NCBI RefSeq assembly: GCF_009914755.1
Contig: NC_060936.1
DNA from: the human T2T-CHM13v2.0 reference genome, Homo sapiens
Length of the DNA: 64,000 nucleotides
Reading direction: 5' to 3' (one strand)
In this document: positions 38,700 to 55,431 of the stretch, piece by piece
Position numbering within the stretch: the first letter of the stretch is position 1
Layout of the letters: each line of letters opens with the position of its first letter
Notes under the pieces: model-generated
What the model was told of the DNA's origin: nothing
Database searches by the model: none
The model's input: the letters and a program-made list of their open reading frames with translations, nothing else
Position numbers and translations under genes: made by a program

Positions 38700-39140
38700 T
38701 GAAGGTATCTCTTAGCTCATCACCTCCTCCTCTCCTCTACCCCTACTCTTTGTACTTCCCTTCAACCACGCTGGCCTTGTGTCTTAAACACATCAAGCAC
38801 CCGTCCTTCTCAAGACCTTTGCAGTGGCTGTTCCCTCTGCCAGGTGTTCTCCCTGCAGCTATTTTTCACTTACCTCTTTTGTTCAAACGTTACCTTCCTG
38901 CAGAGTTTTTCACTTACCTCCTTTGTTCAAATGTTATCATCTTGATGAGACCTGCCCTGATCACCCTTTTTAAAAATTGCACCTGACCACTACTGGTCTC
39001 CATATCCAGTCTTATTATTCACCACAGCACGTATCACCTTCTAACAAATCATGTGATTTAACTTATTTATTATGTTTATTTTCTGTCTCCCTTCACTGGA
39101 TTGTAAGGTCCATGAAAGCTCTCAATATTTGCTGAATGAA
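38700..39140 (+). mobile_element. L2 3' fragment with an internal tandem duplication
   Basis: GCTGTTCCCTCTGCC...TCTGTCTCCC...CTCAATATTTGCTGAATGAA. Confidence 0.65.
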
Positions 39141-39267
39141 TATTTCTGAATGACTATTTCTTGGGTACTCACTCTTTACCCCAGGACAGGGCAGATCCCT
39201 TAAGGAAAAGCTTGACATGGCCATTCTGTTTGGTGGCTAGTCAGTGATTTGAAAGTCCTTAGGATGA

Positions 39268-39537
<270 letters not shown>

Positions 39538-39734
39538 TGATCCGCCCGCCTCAGCCTCCCAAAGTGCTGGGATTACAGGCGTGAGCCACCGCGCCCGGCC
39601 CCTGATGGTCTAATGTTTTTAGCACAGTTGAACACTTTAAATAAGAGCCACAACCATAAGGAGGACCTCTCCCCAGTATGGCATTTAGAATCAGCTTCCT
39701 TATCAGATACTTTCTCCTTGTAACATTGTTATTC

Positions 39735-40330
39735 TTCAGCATATTGGATAAATTGGCAAATGGCTCTTATACACATGAAAAGATACTCAACTTTATGAAT
39801 AGGAATAAATATTCAAATTAAAACTCACTGATGCCAGTTGTGATCTACTGGGTTAGCAGAAACCCAAATGTTTGATACTAGTACTGGTGAGAATATGGGG
39901 AAACAGTCTCTCTCATACATTGCTTACAGGAACGTGAATTGATTTCAGTCTCCATGGTGGGACTTGGGCAATATCTATGGAAATGACAGATACACACACA
40001 CCCCCCCATCATTTGATGCAACAGCCTTTTTTTTTTTTTTTTTTTGAAATTTATCCTATAGGTGTACATGCCCATGTGAAGAATGGCATTTCTGCAGAGT
40101 TACTCAGGGCATTGCTTTGAATAACAAAAGATTGGAAACTACAAATGACTATCAGTAGAGAATTGCCTAAATAAATATGGTTTATTTATTAAAGGATACT
40201 TCAAGTGAAAGCTCTCTGTACCTAGCAGATTTTTACGTCAATACACTTATATGGAAAAATCTCCAAGATACATTGTTACATGGGAAAAAGCAAGATGCAG
40301 AACAACCTATGCTCTCGTTAGTTAAGAAAA
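39735..40330 (+). mobile_element. Old L1M fragment
   Basis: CATGAAAAGATACTCAAC...GGTGAGAATATGGGGAAACAG...CAAAAGATTGGAAAC. Confidence 0.6.
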
Positions 40331-40506
40331 AAGAGGAGAAAAATAATATATATTTGCATTAGCTTGCATAAAGAAACTAATGAAAGTGGTTTATCTGTGT
40401 GTGATGGAGGGAGGAGTAGGTCAAGGTCAGTGAGACATTGGCAGATGGGGAAAAAGGATGATTATAAGGCATACTTTTTTGTTTTATTTTTTACCCAAAT
40501 GAATAG

Positions 40507-40743
<237 letters not shown>

Positions 40744-42149
40744 TGATCCACCCACCTCGGCCTCCCAAAGTGCTGGGATTACAGGCGTGAGCCACTGCGC
40801 CCCGCATGAATGTTTCCTATCAGAAAATTAAATTAAAAACATGAGGCCGGGCGCAGTGGCTCACTCACGCCTGTAATCCCAGCACTTTGGGAGGCCAAAG
40901 CAGGCGGATCACGAGGTCAAGAGATCGCAACCATTCTGGCCAACATTGTGAAACCCTATCTCTACTAAAAATACAAAAATTAGCTGGGCATGGTGGCATG
41001 TGCCTGTAGTCCCAGCTACTCAGGAGGCTGAGGCAGAAGAATCGCTTGAACCCGGAGGTGGAGGTTGCAGTGGACCGAGATTGTGCCACTGCACTCCAGC
41101 CTGGTGATAGAGCGAGACTCTTTCTCAAAAAAAAAATAAATAAATAAATACAAAATAAAAACATGGGACCAACCACCGTGAGATATAACAAGTTAGGATA
41201 GCATAAAGTGATATTTCTTATTCTGAAACCATTAACAAAAGCATATCAAAAGGAAGGACAAATAAAAGCTAATCTCAAAAAATTAGTTTAGATTTGCACT
41301 CGGGTGTGGTGCCTTATGCCTGTAATCCCAGCACTTTGGGAGGCTGAAGTGGGCTGATCACTTGAGTCCGGGTGTTTGAGACCAGCCATGGGCAATATGG
41401 TGCAACCCTGTCTCTACAATACATACAAAAAATTAGCTGAGCGTGGTAGGATGCACCTACAGTCCCACTTACTCAGGAGCCTGAGGTGGGAGGATCACTT
41501 GAGCCTGCAGTCTGAGGCTGCAGTGATCACTCCAGCTTGGGTGACAGAGTGATACCCTGTCTCAAAAAAAAAAAAAAAAAAAAAAAAAGATTTGCACACG
41601 GCCACACCCACATTCTCAAGCCAAATCATGCTTAACTTGTTATAGTTTCTTATCAAATTATTAACTTTTTCCAGCTGATAGATCACTGTCTTCCATCTTC
41701 TTTTTGGCATGTGTCTCCTGCCATGATATCTTGCTCATGATATTCTGTGATCCTTTACTCTTCAGTGTTGCCGATTCTAGATCCTGGCTTTTCTCTTTAT
41801 TAGCACGTCTCACTTTCCATGTGAATACAGTTTTGTGGGATAGATTGTGGCCTTTGGCCACCCATATTGTCCTACCTCATGACCCCATAATCTCTGCTCA
41901 GTAGTTGATGACAGAAAACTGGGTCACCTAGAATCAAGCCACTTTAAAAGGAGGAACAAAATTGCAGAGTAAATGAAGTAAAAGAAGTTTGGTCAGGTCT
42001 TTAACTTCAAAAATGATACTAAAAATTAGGAAAATAACGATTTTAACTTGCATTTATGTAACAATCACAAATTTTGGGTTATGACAAGTGTGTGTTAAAT
42101 CTTCAGATGCTGATCTTTATAGAGAAAATGTTTTTTTTTTTTTTTTTGA

Positions 42150-42308
<159 letters not shown>

Positions 42309-42514
42309 TAGTAGACACGGGGTTTCTCTATGTTGGTCAGGCTGGTCTTGAACTCCCGCCTTGGCCTCCCAAAGTGCTGGGATAACAGGCGTGAGCCACC
42401 ACACCCAGCCTTGCATTCTTTTTCCAATACAATTTTATGATTATATTATAGTAAGTCTTTCATTTCACATTTAACTTTAAAGAAAGTTTCCTTCTTCTCT
42501 TTTTGTTTGTTTTT

Positions 42515-42643
42515 GATAAACCCTTGTGTCAAGCGCTGACTTTCAGTAGCTCAAATCGAGGGAGGGAGCTGCTCTGCTACTACGAAACCCTGCCCCAGAA
42601 GCAGGTTGTCTATGAATGGTTTAACACCAGGTTTCCCATGAAC
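42515..42643 (-). pseudogene. 28S (LSU) rRNA 3'-terminal retrocopy (SINE28-like)
   Basis: Reverse complement matches the last ~130 nt of human 28S rRNA as recalled (...CTGCTTCTGGG...GTAGCAGAGCAGCTCCCTC...GAAAGTCAGC...GACACAAGGGTTT). T-rich tract (tail) at ~42490-42514 and an imperfect TSD. Confidence 0.9.
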
Positions 42644-44004
42644 CACATTAAGCTTTTGAAGGGGGATAGGAAGAGGTTCATTTTTGCAAAAATGTCTGAA
42701 GACTCCAATTTTCCCACTGGACTTTTTTTTTTTTTTTTTTTTTGACAGAGTTTTGCTCTGTCGCCCAGGCTGGAGAGCAGTGGCATGATCTCAGCTCACT
42801 GCAGCCTCTGCCTCCCAGTTCAAGTGATTCTCCTGTCTCAGCCTCCTGAGTAGCCAGGACTACAGGTGCCCGCCACCATGCCCAGCTAATTTTTTTTATT
42901 TTTAGTAGAGACAGGGTTTCACTATGTTGGCCAGGCTGGTCTCGAACTCCTGGCCTCAAGTGATCTGCCCACCTCGGCCTCAAAAAGTGCTGGGATTACA
43001 GGTGTGAGCCACCGCGTCCGGCCTCCCAGTGGCCATTCTTAATCTATATGTAAGGATATTGATCTTGTTTATTACCTGTCTCACACAAAATATATGCTCC
43101 ATGAGGATAGAGATTTGGGGTTTGTCCACAGCATTTGTGATAGAGCCTGACACATTGCAGGCACTTGGTAAATATTGGTTGAATGTTGAACAAGATAATT
43201 TGTGTCATATGGTCCTGTTTCATTAACCTTGTTAGTTTCCTCCTCTTTAATTGTTAACTGATTCTGCCAGCACCTCATTGTTCATTGACTTTGGTTGCAG
43301 TTCTGTTTTCCAGCACAGTTAGAGATGAAATCCTTGTGTTTCAGAAGATTTGCGGTCCCAGTTTGTGGTCGATTTGACTTGCATTGTTGACTATTTACAA
43401 TATTTAATAATAATACTGAGAGGGAACATAGCATGATTAAGAGCAACAGCTTTGGAACAGACAGCCTGGATTAGGGTATGGCTCCATTATGTGTTCCAGC
43501 TGTAGAACTTTGGACAGGTTACTTGACTTCTCTCTGCTTCTCTATTGGTTAATAATTGCACGTACTTCATTATTAACATGAACTCACAGAAAACTCATTA
43601 ACACCCTGGTGGAGGAACATAGTATGTAGAAGCACTTGCTATTAGTATTATCAAGGGGCCAGTCCACATTGGTCTGGATAGGAAAGGATGTTTGGTTGGG
43701 AGCTAATTTTAGAAGTGATCGCTTTATATGTGAATGTAATATCAGAAGCTCTTTTATTCAGTAGCCTCAACTTAATCAACTTGCTGGGTTAACTGATGAA
43801 TTTGTTCTTTGAAAAATGCACTGACTGAAGCCAATGGCCTCTGAAAACTCCCTCCTGTGAGGGCCACTCTGTAGGTACTTGCTTCTCTTACCCATGTCTT
43901 TGTATTCTCATCAAATGCCAATTGTGTTTATTCCCAAATTGTATTTATGTTCATGCCAGTTGTATTTTGTATTGTAACTGTGTGACTTAATGCAATACAT
44001 ATTA

Positions 44005-44339
<335 letters not shown>

Positions 44340-44920
44340 TCAAAAAAAAAAAAAAAAAATTGGTTAAATGCTTTGGAAAGATTAAAAAGAGACAAATTGT
44401 CCGAAAAAAATTTGTAGCCTTTTTGGTAATTATCTGACAGCTGTAAAGATTTAGGAAACTGGTATAAGGAAAACTGGAAGGAGTCTGAATTCAAATTGCT
44501 TCAAAAGTGTTTTTAAGACTTCCCTCCACTTTAAAGAAACCAAAATTGGAAATGAGATGATTCAGAGTAGATGCGATTTATATGCCAAGAAGACATAGTG
44601 GACCCATACTCTTGTAACGGCTTTGGTCTACATCCACAGGTGGGCAAATGAATACACATTGATACACTTTAAGTTAAAATAAAATGTTTGTGGTATGTAT
44701 TCATTCATACAAGTTCTGAAGACTTTTTTCTTTTTTTTTTTTTTTTGAGACGAAGTCTCACTCTGTCACCCAGGCTGGAGTGCAGTGTTGCAATCTCGGT
44801 TCGCTGCAACCTCTGCCTCCTGGGCTCAAGTGATTCTCTGGCCTCAACCCCCTGAGTAGCTGGGACTACAGGCACGTGCCACCATGCACAGCTAATTTTT
44901 TGTTTTTGTTTTTTTAGTAG

Positions 44921-45037
<117 letters not shown>

Positions 45038-45346
45038 TAATTTTTGATGACTTTTGCTTAAACCAACTTTTTTGATTACTGAGACTACACAGAATTTCAG
45101 GCAGTGGTGATGTTGGCTTTCCTGTTCAGCCGTAACAATGAGTACCAGGATAAAAAATACTCAGTTAATGAGGGCTGTGTGCATAAAATCACGTATTCTG
45201 ACATGATGTTAATGACATATCAGTTTTTACAGTGCAGTGATTATAACCTCGTAGTATTTCTAATCTACAGTGTCACAAAGATGAAAAGGTAGGCATGCCA
45301 TTTAAAACCTTTAGCTAGAAAAGTATTATTATTATTATTGTTTTGA

Positions 45347-45595
<249 letters not shown>

Positions 45596-45968
45596 TAGGA
45601 TTACAGGCATGAGCCACTGTGCCTGGCCGAAAAGTATTATTTTTGAGATGATCATTTATAATTGAATATTGATTTCACAAACACATGAAATTAGTTAATT
45701 CTAAGAAAAGCATAGTAAGAAAAGTGAAGATCCCAAACTTTTGCAGCCCCAAAATTAACTGAGGGTGATGGATGGAGTGTTGTTCAGCCTGAGTCTACTG
45801 TAAATATATAATTTCTCCTCTGATTTGAATTTTCCCTGTCATTTGGTTACAACAAATTCTTTTGTTCTCAGTGAATTAAGTAAAATTATGAATATTTTTC
45901 TTCTATTTTTCCTTTTAAAAGGGCATTAGAGTATTGCTCAAAAGTCTTGACTGATGCAGGGCTGATGA

Positions 45969-46329
<361 letters not shown>

Positions 46330-46542
46330 TAATTGCCTTTCATTCCATCAAGAACATGCATTGAAGAGTTGTTGTGAGCCAAGGACACCATAGCTGGCTC
46401 CAGAAGAAATAGCTGATATACCCCTGATTGAAATGTACAACATGTAAACTCACATGAAAATGATAACAACTTTAAAGAAATGTAATATAGCACAGCAGAG
46501 AAGAGTTCCTAAATTGTTTCCATTGAAATTAGAGAGTTCTAG

Positions 46543-46737
46543 GGTTCTTTCCTCTTGGAAGTCCCCTCTCGTGAGAGAGCTGTTTTCCTTTCTCTTTCTT
46601 TTCCCTATTAAACCTCCACTCAGACAAGAAAAGAGACGAGATGAGACGAGATGAGAAGAGAAGAAGGAAGGAAGGAAGGAAGGAAAGGAAGGAAGGAAGG
46701 AAAGGAAGGAAGGAAGGAAAAGAAGGCAGGAAAAAAG
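46543..46737 (+). mobile_element. TSD-flanked retroposed LTR-like 3' end (ATTAAA at 46607-46612) with a purine microsatellite tail
   Basis: 18-bp direct repeat GAAATT(A/G)GAGAGTTCTAG at 46525-46542 and 46738-46755. Confidence 0.65.
46626..46737 (+). repeat. (GAGAC/GAGAT)n-(GGAA)n polypurine microsatellite
   Basis: Read directly from sequence. Confidence 0.92.
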
Positions 46738-46804
46738 GAAATTGGAGAGTTCTAGATGCACAGCTTGGCTTCCTTGTTTACTCTGTGATCAAGTTAGTTT
46801 TCTA

Positions 46805-47107
<303 letters not shown>

Positions 47108-47284
47108 TTAGACTCTGTCTCAAAAAAAAAAAAAAAAAAAAAAGATGCCAGTAATGAGTACTTTCTAATGTTGTGAAGATCAAGTAAGATGTGCCTGGCG
47201 GAATGTAGTTGCCAAGGAAGTGTTCATTTCTAATTTTTTCTTTTTCTTTTTTCTTTTTTGATTTTTATTTATTTTTTGAGATGA

Positions 47285-47497
<213 letters not shown>

Positions 47498-47962
47498 TGA
47501 TCTGCCTGCCTTGGCCTCCCAAAGTGCTGGGATTACAGGTGAGAACCACCGAGCCCGGCCCTATTTTTTTGGTCCTTGTAGCCACTGGAGTCCATGTGGG
47601 GATGGTTTCTAGAGATTCCCCTCAAATAACTTTCCAAATCAAACCACGTTCATCTCCCTCTTTATCACCATACTGGGCTAAGCCACTGTCATAAAGAGGG
47701 TGATAAAGCCCTCTTTATCACCATACTGGGCTAAGCACTCTGGACAAACTGCTAAAATAGCTTCCTTACGGTCTCCCTGGTCCACAATTGCCTCTCTACA
47801 GTCTTTTCAAAACATCCTTTAAAAACGTGTTGTATGTGTGAACAAGAGGGAACTCTGATGGAGAGAGGGCAAAATTGCTTGTGGGTAGTGAGAAAAGAGC
47901 AAGGTATTTGTATTTGTCAGTAGGAAATTCTTTTTAAGTTTCAGAATAGTTGATATAGCTGA

Positions 47963-48258
<296 letters not shown>

Positions 48259-49416
48259 TGAGCCACCGCGCCCGGCCTGCCCCCCACATTCTAAAACAGT
48301 CATCACCAAGTGAAGCTGCCAGAAAGTTAGCTCTCGTAACTAAAAGTAGCTAATAAAATGTAGTATGACTTTTTATTCCGTACTTATCCCTTTTAAATAA
48401 TATATTTAAACATTATAAAGATAAAGGAAATGTTCTCTTTATACTGGGGAATTATGTTTTTTTTAGATTCTAAGTCCCTATCAATCATCCAAGCAATTAG
48501 TGTATGAGTTTGGAACAATCTAATAAATTTCAGGCTGGAGACACACATGATGTTGCATTTTGTTAGCATCTAAGTTCCTCCAATAAACCATAATTCTAGG
48601 CTTTGGAATATTTAAATCCTGTATATCCAGTAACTTAAAGAACAAAGTTTGACCAAGCTTCAGAAAGTCTTCTATTATCCAGCATGTTTTCTTTGTATCG
48701 TTTTCATTCCTTTCAGTATCAAGTGATTATTCACTAGCTTAACATCATAAATTAGTTTGAAGTAGGATGTTACACAAACGACTTGGAATTTTCCACAGTC
48801 TGCTTAACTTGCAGAAATGTAAATACAGGAAATGTGGACATAAACGGATTTCCTAGGCACAACCTACCCCTAAAATAACTGTGTACACATAACAGCCTCA
48901 ACAGCTTCTGAACCACAGGCAAATGAACAATTTGCTGGCCTTGTCCTCTTTACAGTTTCCAGAAAGTGCCTTATTAGCAAGGAGGCAAATCAGGTGGTGG
49001 GTGGAGCTGGGCAGGGCCCACTGCACTGCAGAAACTGTGTGGTGCAGAATGATGTGGTAGAAGCTGGGTAGAGAGACTACTGCTGCCAGGCTGGGAAGCA
49101 ACTGGTTTTGCCTCTCACTCATTCTCCAGTTTACTGAATCAGGCACCCAGGCACAGTTAGGCCAACCAAATACTACTACCTCTGCCCTTGCATGATGGAA
49201 TCATTTAGCTTGAGCTTAAAAAAAATAAATAAATAAAAAGAGGTTACCCACAGGGTCTCTTGGTTACCTCTTAGTGTTTACTTATCTGGATTCCAGTATC
49301 ACCAGAATATGCGACTTAATATTTACTTATGTATGCTGTCCAAAAAAGCAAAAAACAAACCAACAAAAGTAAAAAATATTTACTTAATATATAAGATCAG
49401 ACATGGAAAGACATAA

Positions 49417-49713
<297 letters not shown>

Positions 49714-50749
49714 TGATCCACCTGCCTCGGCCTCTCAGAGTGCTGGGATTACTACAGGTGTGAGCTAATGTGCGCCCAGCCTTCTTTCATCTTTAAAATG
49801 GTAATGGGCAAACACTATTGTTCTTAAAAGTTTTGAAACGTTCACATTTTCATTTGCCTCTTGGAAAGTTTTCATGAACTATTCTTGAGCAAAATTTCAG
49901 CTAATGTAAATTGGTACTGCTTTGTCACTTAGTGGAATTTTTTTAAAATTATTTTTATGTATTTTTTATTTCCTCACCTCTTTGAATTCTACACTTAGTG
50001 TAAATAAATCACAAATTGATAATTGTTATCTGATAGATTTGGGAATTTGTGACTCAGATTGTATCTAACAAATATTTTGCTGATGAATGAGTAAATTCTA
50101 TAGCTATCTGTGGAGTTAAAAGAAAAAAACTTTGAAAAGATGGGTGTTTAATCAAACAACTGGTTATGAATTTTTGTTGTGTCAGCACTGTTGTATTGTA
50201 CTGTTGCAGTGCAAAGGTGTAGGAATGTGGGCCATTGATATTCAGGCATTGATGGTGGGTGTTATAGCCTCAGTCATCCTGAAAAATAATCAGATTTACC
50301 ATGGCAGTATTTGGCAGAAAGGTTTTACAATTATAGCATTTGAGGAGTTTCTAAGATCTTGCCTAGTTTACATCTTTCTGGTCTACAACAAAGGCATAAT
50401 GATGTCTTCTCATCACCATGCTGGTTCATTCCCGTGGTGTGCTGGAGCTTGCTGGTGTCTGCTCCTGAGCAGGGACTGTGTGCTTCTCTTCCAACTCCAC
50501 GTTCAATGACCTGCCGTTTGGTAGCCCAAATTTTGTTTTTATTTATTTATTTCGTTTTTTTGTTTTGGTTCTTTTGGTAGCCTGAATTTTAACGTGTTGA
50601 GAGTATTTTCACCATGGAAGTTGGCAAATGCCACAAACCAGGCACCCTCCAGAGCTGGCTGTTAAACACTGACCAGCATCTATATTAGTGTTTGCTCCCC
50701 GCCCCCAACCATTCTCCTAATGGCTTAGTTCCTTGTCTGCTGTTAAAGC

Positions 50750-50980
50750 AGAGGAGAGGCTGGGAAGTCAGGGAGTTAAACATCTGTATTGGGATAGGGA
50801 ATCCTCTGTGTAGCCCTGTGATCTTGAACAAGTTATATAGCCTCTCTAATACCCAATTTCCTACTTTGTAAAATGGGGTTGATATAGACCCCCCTCAGGG
50901 TTGTAAAGATGAAATGAACTGATATATGGTAAGCACCTAATGGTGCCTGGTGGGTACATAGTCAATGCTCAGTAAGTGGT
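50750..50980 (+). mobile_element. MIR
   Basis: TGTGATCTTGAACAAGTTA...TTTCC...TGTAAAATGGGG...GGTTGT...AAATGA. Confidence 0.65.
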
Positions 50981-51353
50981 GTTGATTAGGTCAATTTTTT
51001 TTTTTTTTTGGCCAGTACTGATATTCATTCAATGGCTATTTGCAAAGTGCTTTTGGTTCCACCTGTATAGTTTTATTTATTTACTTATTTATTTTAATCT
51101 TAGTCCCAAATATTCTGAGCTTCCCTTCACCTGTATGTTTTTTTTTTTAATTAATTAATTAATTTATTTTTGAGACAAGGTCTCACTCTGTCACCCATGC
51201 TGGAGGGCAGTGGCATGATCTTGGCTCACTGCAACCTCTGCCTACTGGGCTCAAGTGATCTTTCCACCTTAGCCTCCCAAGTAGCTGGGACTACAGGTAG
51301 GTGCCGCCATGCCTGGCTTTTTGTATTTATTTTATTTTTTATTTATTTTTTAA

Positions 51354-51464
<111 letters not shown>

Positions 51465-52392
51465 TGAGTAGCTGGGATTATAGGCATGCACCACTATGCC
51501 TGGCTAATTTTTATATTTTAGTAGAGATGGGGTTTCACCATGTTGGCCAGGCTGGTCTTGAACTCCTAACCCGAAGTGATCCACCCGTCTCAGCCTCCCA
51601 AAGTGCTGGGATTACAGGCATGAGCTACCGCACCCGGCCAATTTTTGTATTTTTTGTAGAGACAGGGTTTCACCATGTTGCCCAGGCTGGTTTCAAACTC
51701 CTGAGCTCAAGTGATCCATCCTCCTCGGCCTCCCAAAATGCTGGGATTACAGGTGTGAGCTACCGTGCCTGGCCTCCACCTGTATGGTTTTAAATGTACA
51801 GATAAGCAAGAATAAAACACGACCCTGGAATTCCAAGTTTTCAGATCACGTGTTTGATGTCATGTGGGCTCCACACCTGGGCCTTTGACATAGTCTCAAT
51901 TTGCCATCAATAGACAGAGTCCCCAAGTCTGGTCTTCTCTTCAGTCAGAGCACCTAGAGCACCTTCATATCCCCACCTCCCTATCTTCCTAAATATCCTC
52001 CTCATTCTTTCATTGCCTTCCCTTTCTCCACAGACAGGCAAACAACCTTCTTCCCAGTGCTTCTCCTCTGTGTTTGCTCCCATGCCTGGCATGTGGCTGT
52101 CTGAGGTTCAGAATTATTCTCAGACCTGTGTAACAAGAACTCTAGGATGAGTCACCTGGTGCCTGCTTTTTTATACCCTCAGGCCAAGGCAGGGAGGCCT
52201 GATTTCCCTGGCAGAGTTAATTGTGTGGCAAAAGTGCTGCCCAAGGTTATGAGCTGTCTCTGCTTTTTTCCCCATTACTGGTTCCCATTCCTGTCTCTCT
52301 GCCCATTCAGCGTTGTGCTCAGAAGGGCATCCTCCACCTCAACATTCCTGTAGTGTGAAAAATGGTTATTGTAGGAAAAGTGGTAATGCTAA

Positions 52393-52705
<313 letters not shown>

Positions 52706-52778
52706 TAAACCCTTCAGGTTCTTGCAATACCAGTGACATTGAAATTGAATTAATTTGGAATAAAGGCATTTGCTGTAA

Positions 52779-52979
<201 letters not shown>

Positions 52980-53062
52980 TAGTAGAGACGGGGTTTCACC
53001 ATGTTGGCCAGGCTGGTCTTGAACTCCTGACCTCGTGATCCACCTGCCTCGGGCTCCCGTAG

Positions 53063-53295
<233 letters not shown>

Positions 53296-54479
53296 TAGTA
53301 GAGATGGGATTTCATCATGTTGGTCAGGCTGGTCTCGAACTCCTGACCACAGGTGATCCACCTGCCTCGACCTCCGAAAGTGCTGGGATTACAGGCGTGG
53401 GCCACTGCGCCCGGCCCTATTAACTTCTTTATACTCCAGTTTAAATACTAAGTGTTCGCAAAACTTAAAAAATTCCTGTTTTCTGCACACACAGGCTCCT
53501 TGTGGAATTCTTCAAACACTTACAAGTGCATCATTTTCAACGTGATCGGTTTTTTAATACTTAAATTTCAGAGCTGTTTACAAATGTAGAAACACTCAAA
53601 ATGAATTCAAGTTGTTTCATGTTGGGAGCTCTTTTGCCATCAGTTTTAAAGTGAGCAGCCTGAAAATGAAAAAAATTAAAGCTTGGCTCTAATAGAAAAT
53701 AGAACATGTTGGCCAGACATGGTGGCTTACACCTGTAATCCCAGCACTTTCGGAGGTTGAGGCAAGAGGATTGCTTGAGCTCAGGACTTCAAAACCAGCC
53801 TGGGTAACATAGCAAAACCCTGTCTCTAAAAAATAAAAAAAAAGAACATGTCAAACAGTATTTTCCAACTCATTTAATTAATTGAAAGACTGTACCTGAA
53901 AAATGTTTTACAGAAACCCTTTTTTGTTAAAATAATTTACCACAATTAATATACCCTAGATACCCTATTATTTCCATAAAGTATTCCTAGAGATCAATAA
54001 TATTGTTCAGTTTTCTTTTTCTTTTTTTTTTTTGAGACAGAGTTTCACTGTTGTTGCTTAGGCTGGAGTGCAATGGTGTGATCTCGGCTCACCGCAACCT
54101 CCGCCTCCTGGGTTCAAGTGATTCTCCTGCCTCAGCCTCCTGAGTAGCTGGGGTTACAGGCATGTGCCACCATGGCCGGCTAATTTTGTATTTTTAGTAG
54201 AGATGAGGCTTCTCCATGTTGGTCAGGCTGGTCTCGAATTTCTGACCTCAGGTGATCCGCCCGCCTCAGCCTCCCAAAGTGCTGGGATTACAGGCGTGAG
54301 CCACCGTGACCGGCCTCAGATTTTTATCATAATATTTTCAGCAGATAATAAAATCTCAATTATTAGAAAATAAAGTGATGTGTTTATGTGTATTTAACAT
54401 GCCAATATTAGAATTTTCAAACGCGATTTATTTTTATTTTTTTTTGAGACCGAGTCTTGCTCTGTTGCCCAGGCTCTAA

Positions 54480-54735
<256 letters not shown>

Positions 54736-55089
54736 TGATTTTAGATCTTTTTTTTTTGTTTTTTTTTTCTTTTTCAAAGTAGTCATTCTTCACTGAGAAG
54801 GAACACATACCAAGGTTAGTGGGTTTGATCATTTGAAAAATGGCAGCACCATTCATTTTAAACATTTTCTGGCTTTTTACTATGGAATCTCTCATGGTAT
54901 AAAAATAAATTTTAGATTTTTCAGAGCCAAAATGAAAATACTTTAGAACAAAATCAGGCCAAATCTTTGGAATTCAAAGTGGCTGAACACCTAAAAGAAA
55001 CAGAATATAAAACTCGCCAATTACGTGTCTTCCCAGAGGTCTGGACAGAATTTCTTTCTAATAATTTGGACATTTCTTCCCTTTGCCAG

Positions 55090-55157
55090 TGATACGGGAA
55101 CAACACCTCCAGAGAGTGGTATTTTTGGATTTATGATAAACTTCTCTGCATTTCTTG
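55090..55157 (+). CDS. DRAM1: DRAM1 coding exon 2 ([24 protein letters not shown])
   Basis: Polypyrimidine tract plus CAG acceptor ending at 55089; donor TTG|GTAAGT; 68 nt. Splicing gives the YISDTG..PPES motif typical of the DRAM/TMEM150 family. Too short to appear in the ORF track. Confidence 0.96.
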
Positions 55158-55230
55158 GTAAGTACACAATAATTATTATAAATAATTGAAAAGCTCACAA
55201 TTCCAAGTGAAGTTGATGTGTCATTTGTAG

Positions 55231-55431
<201 letters not shown>

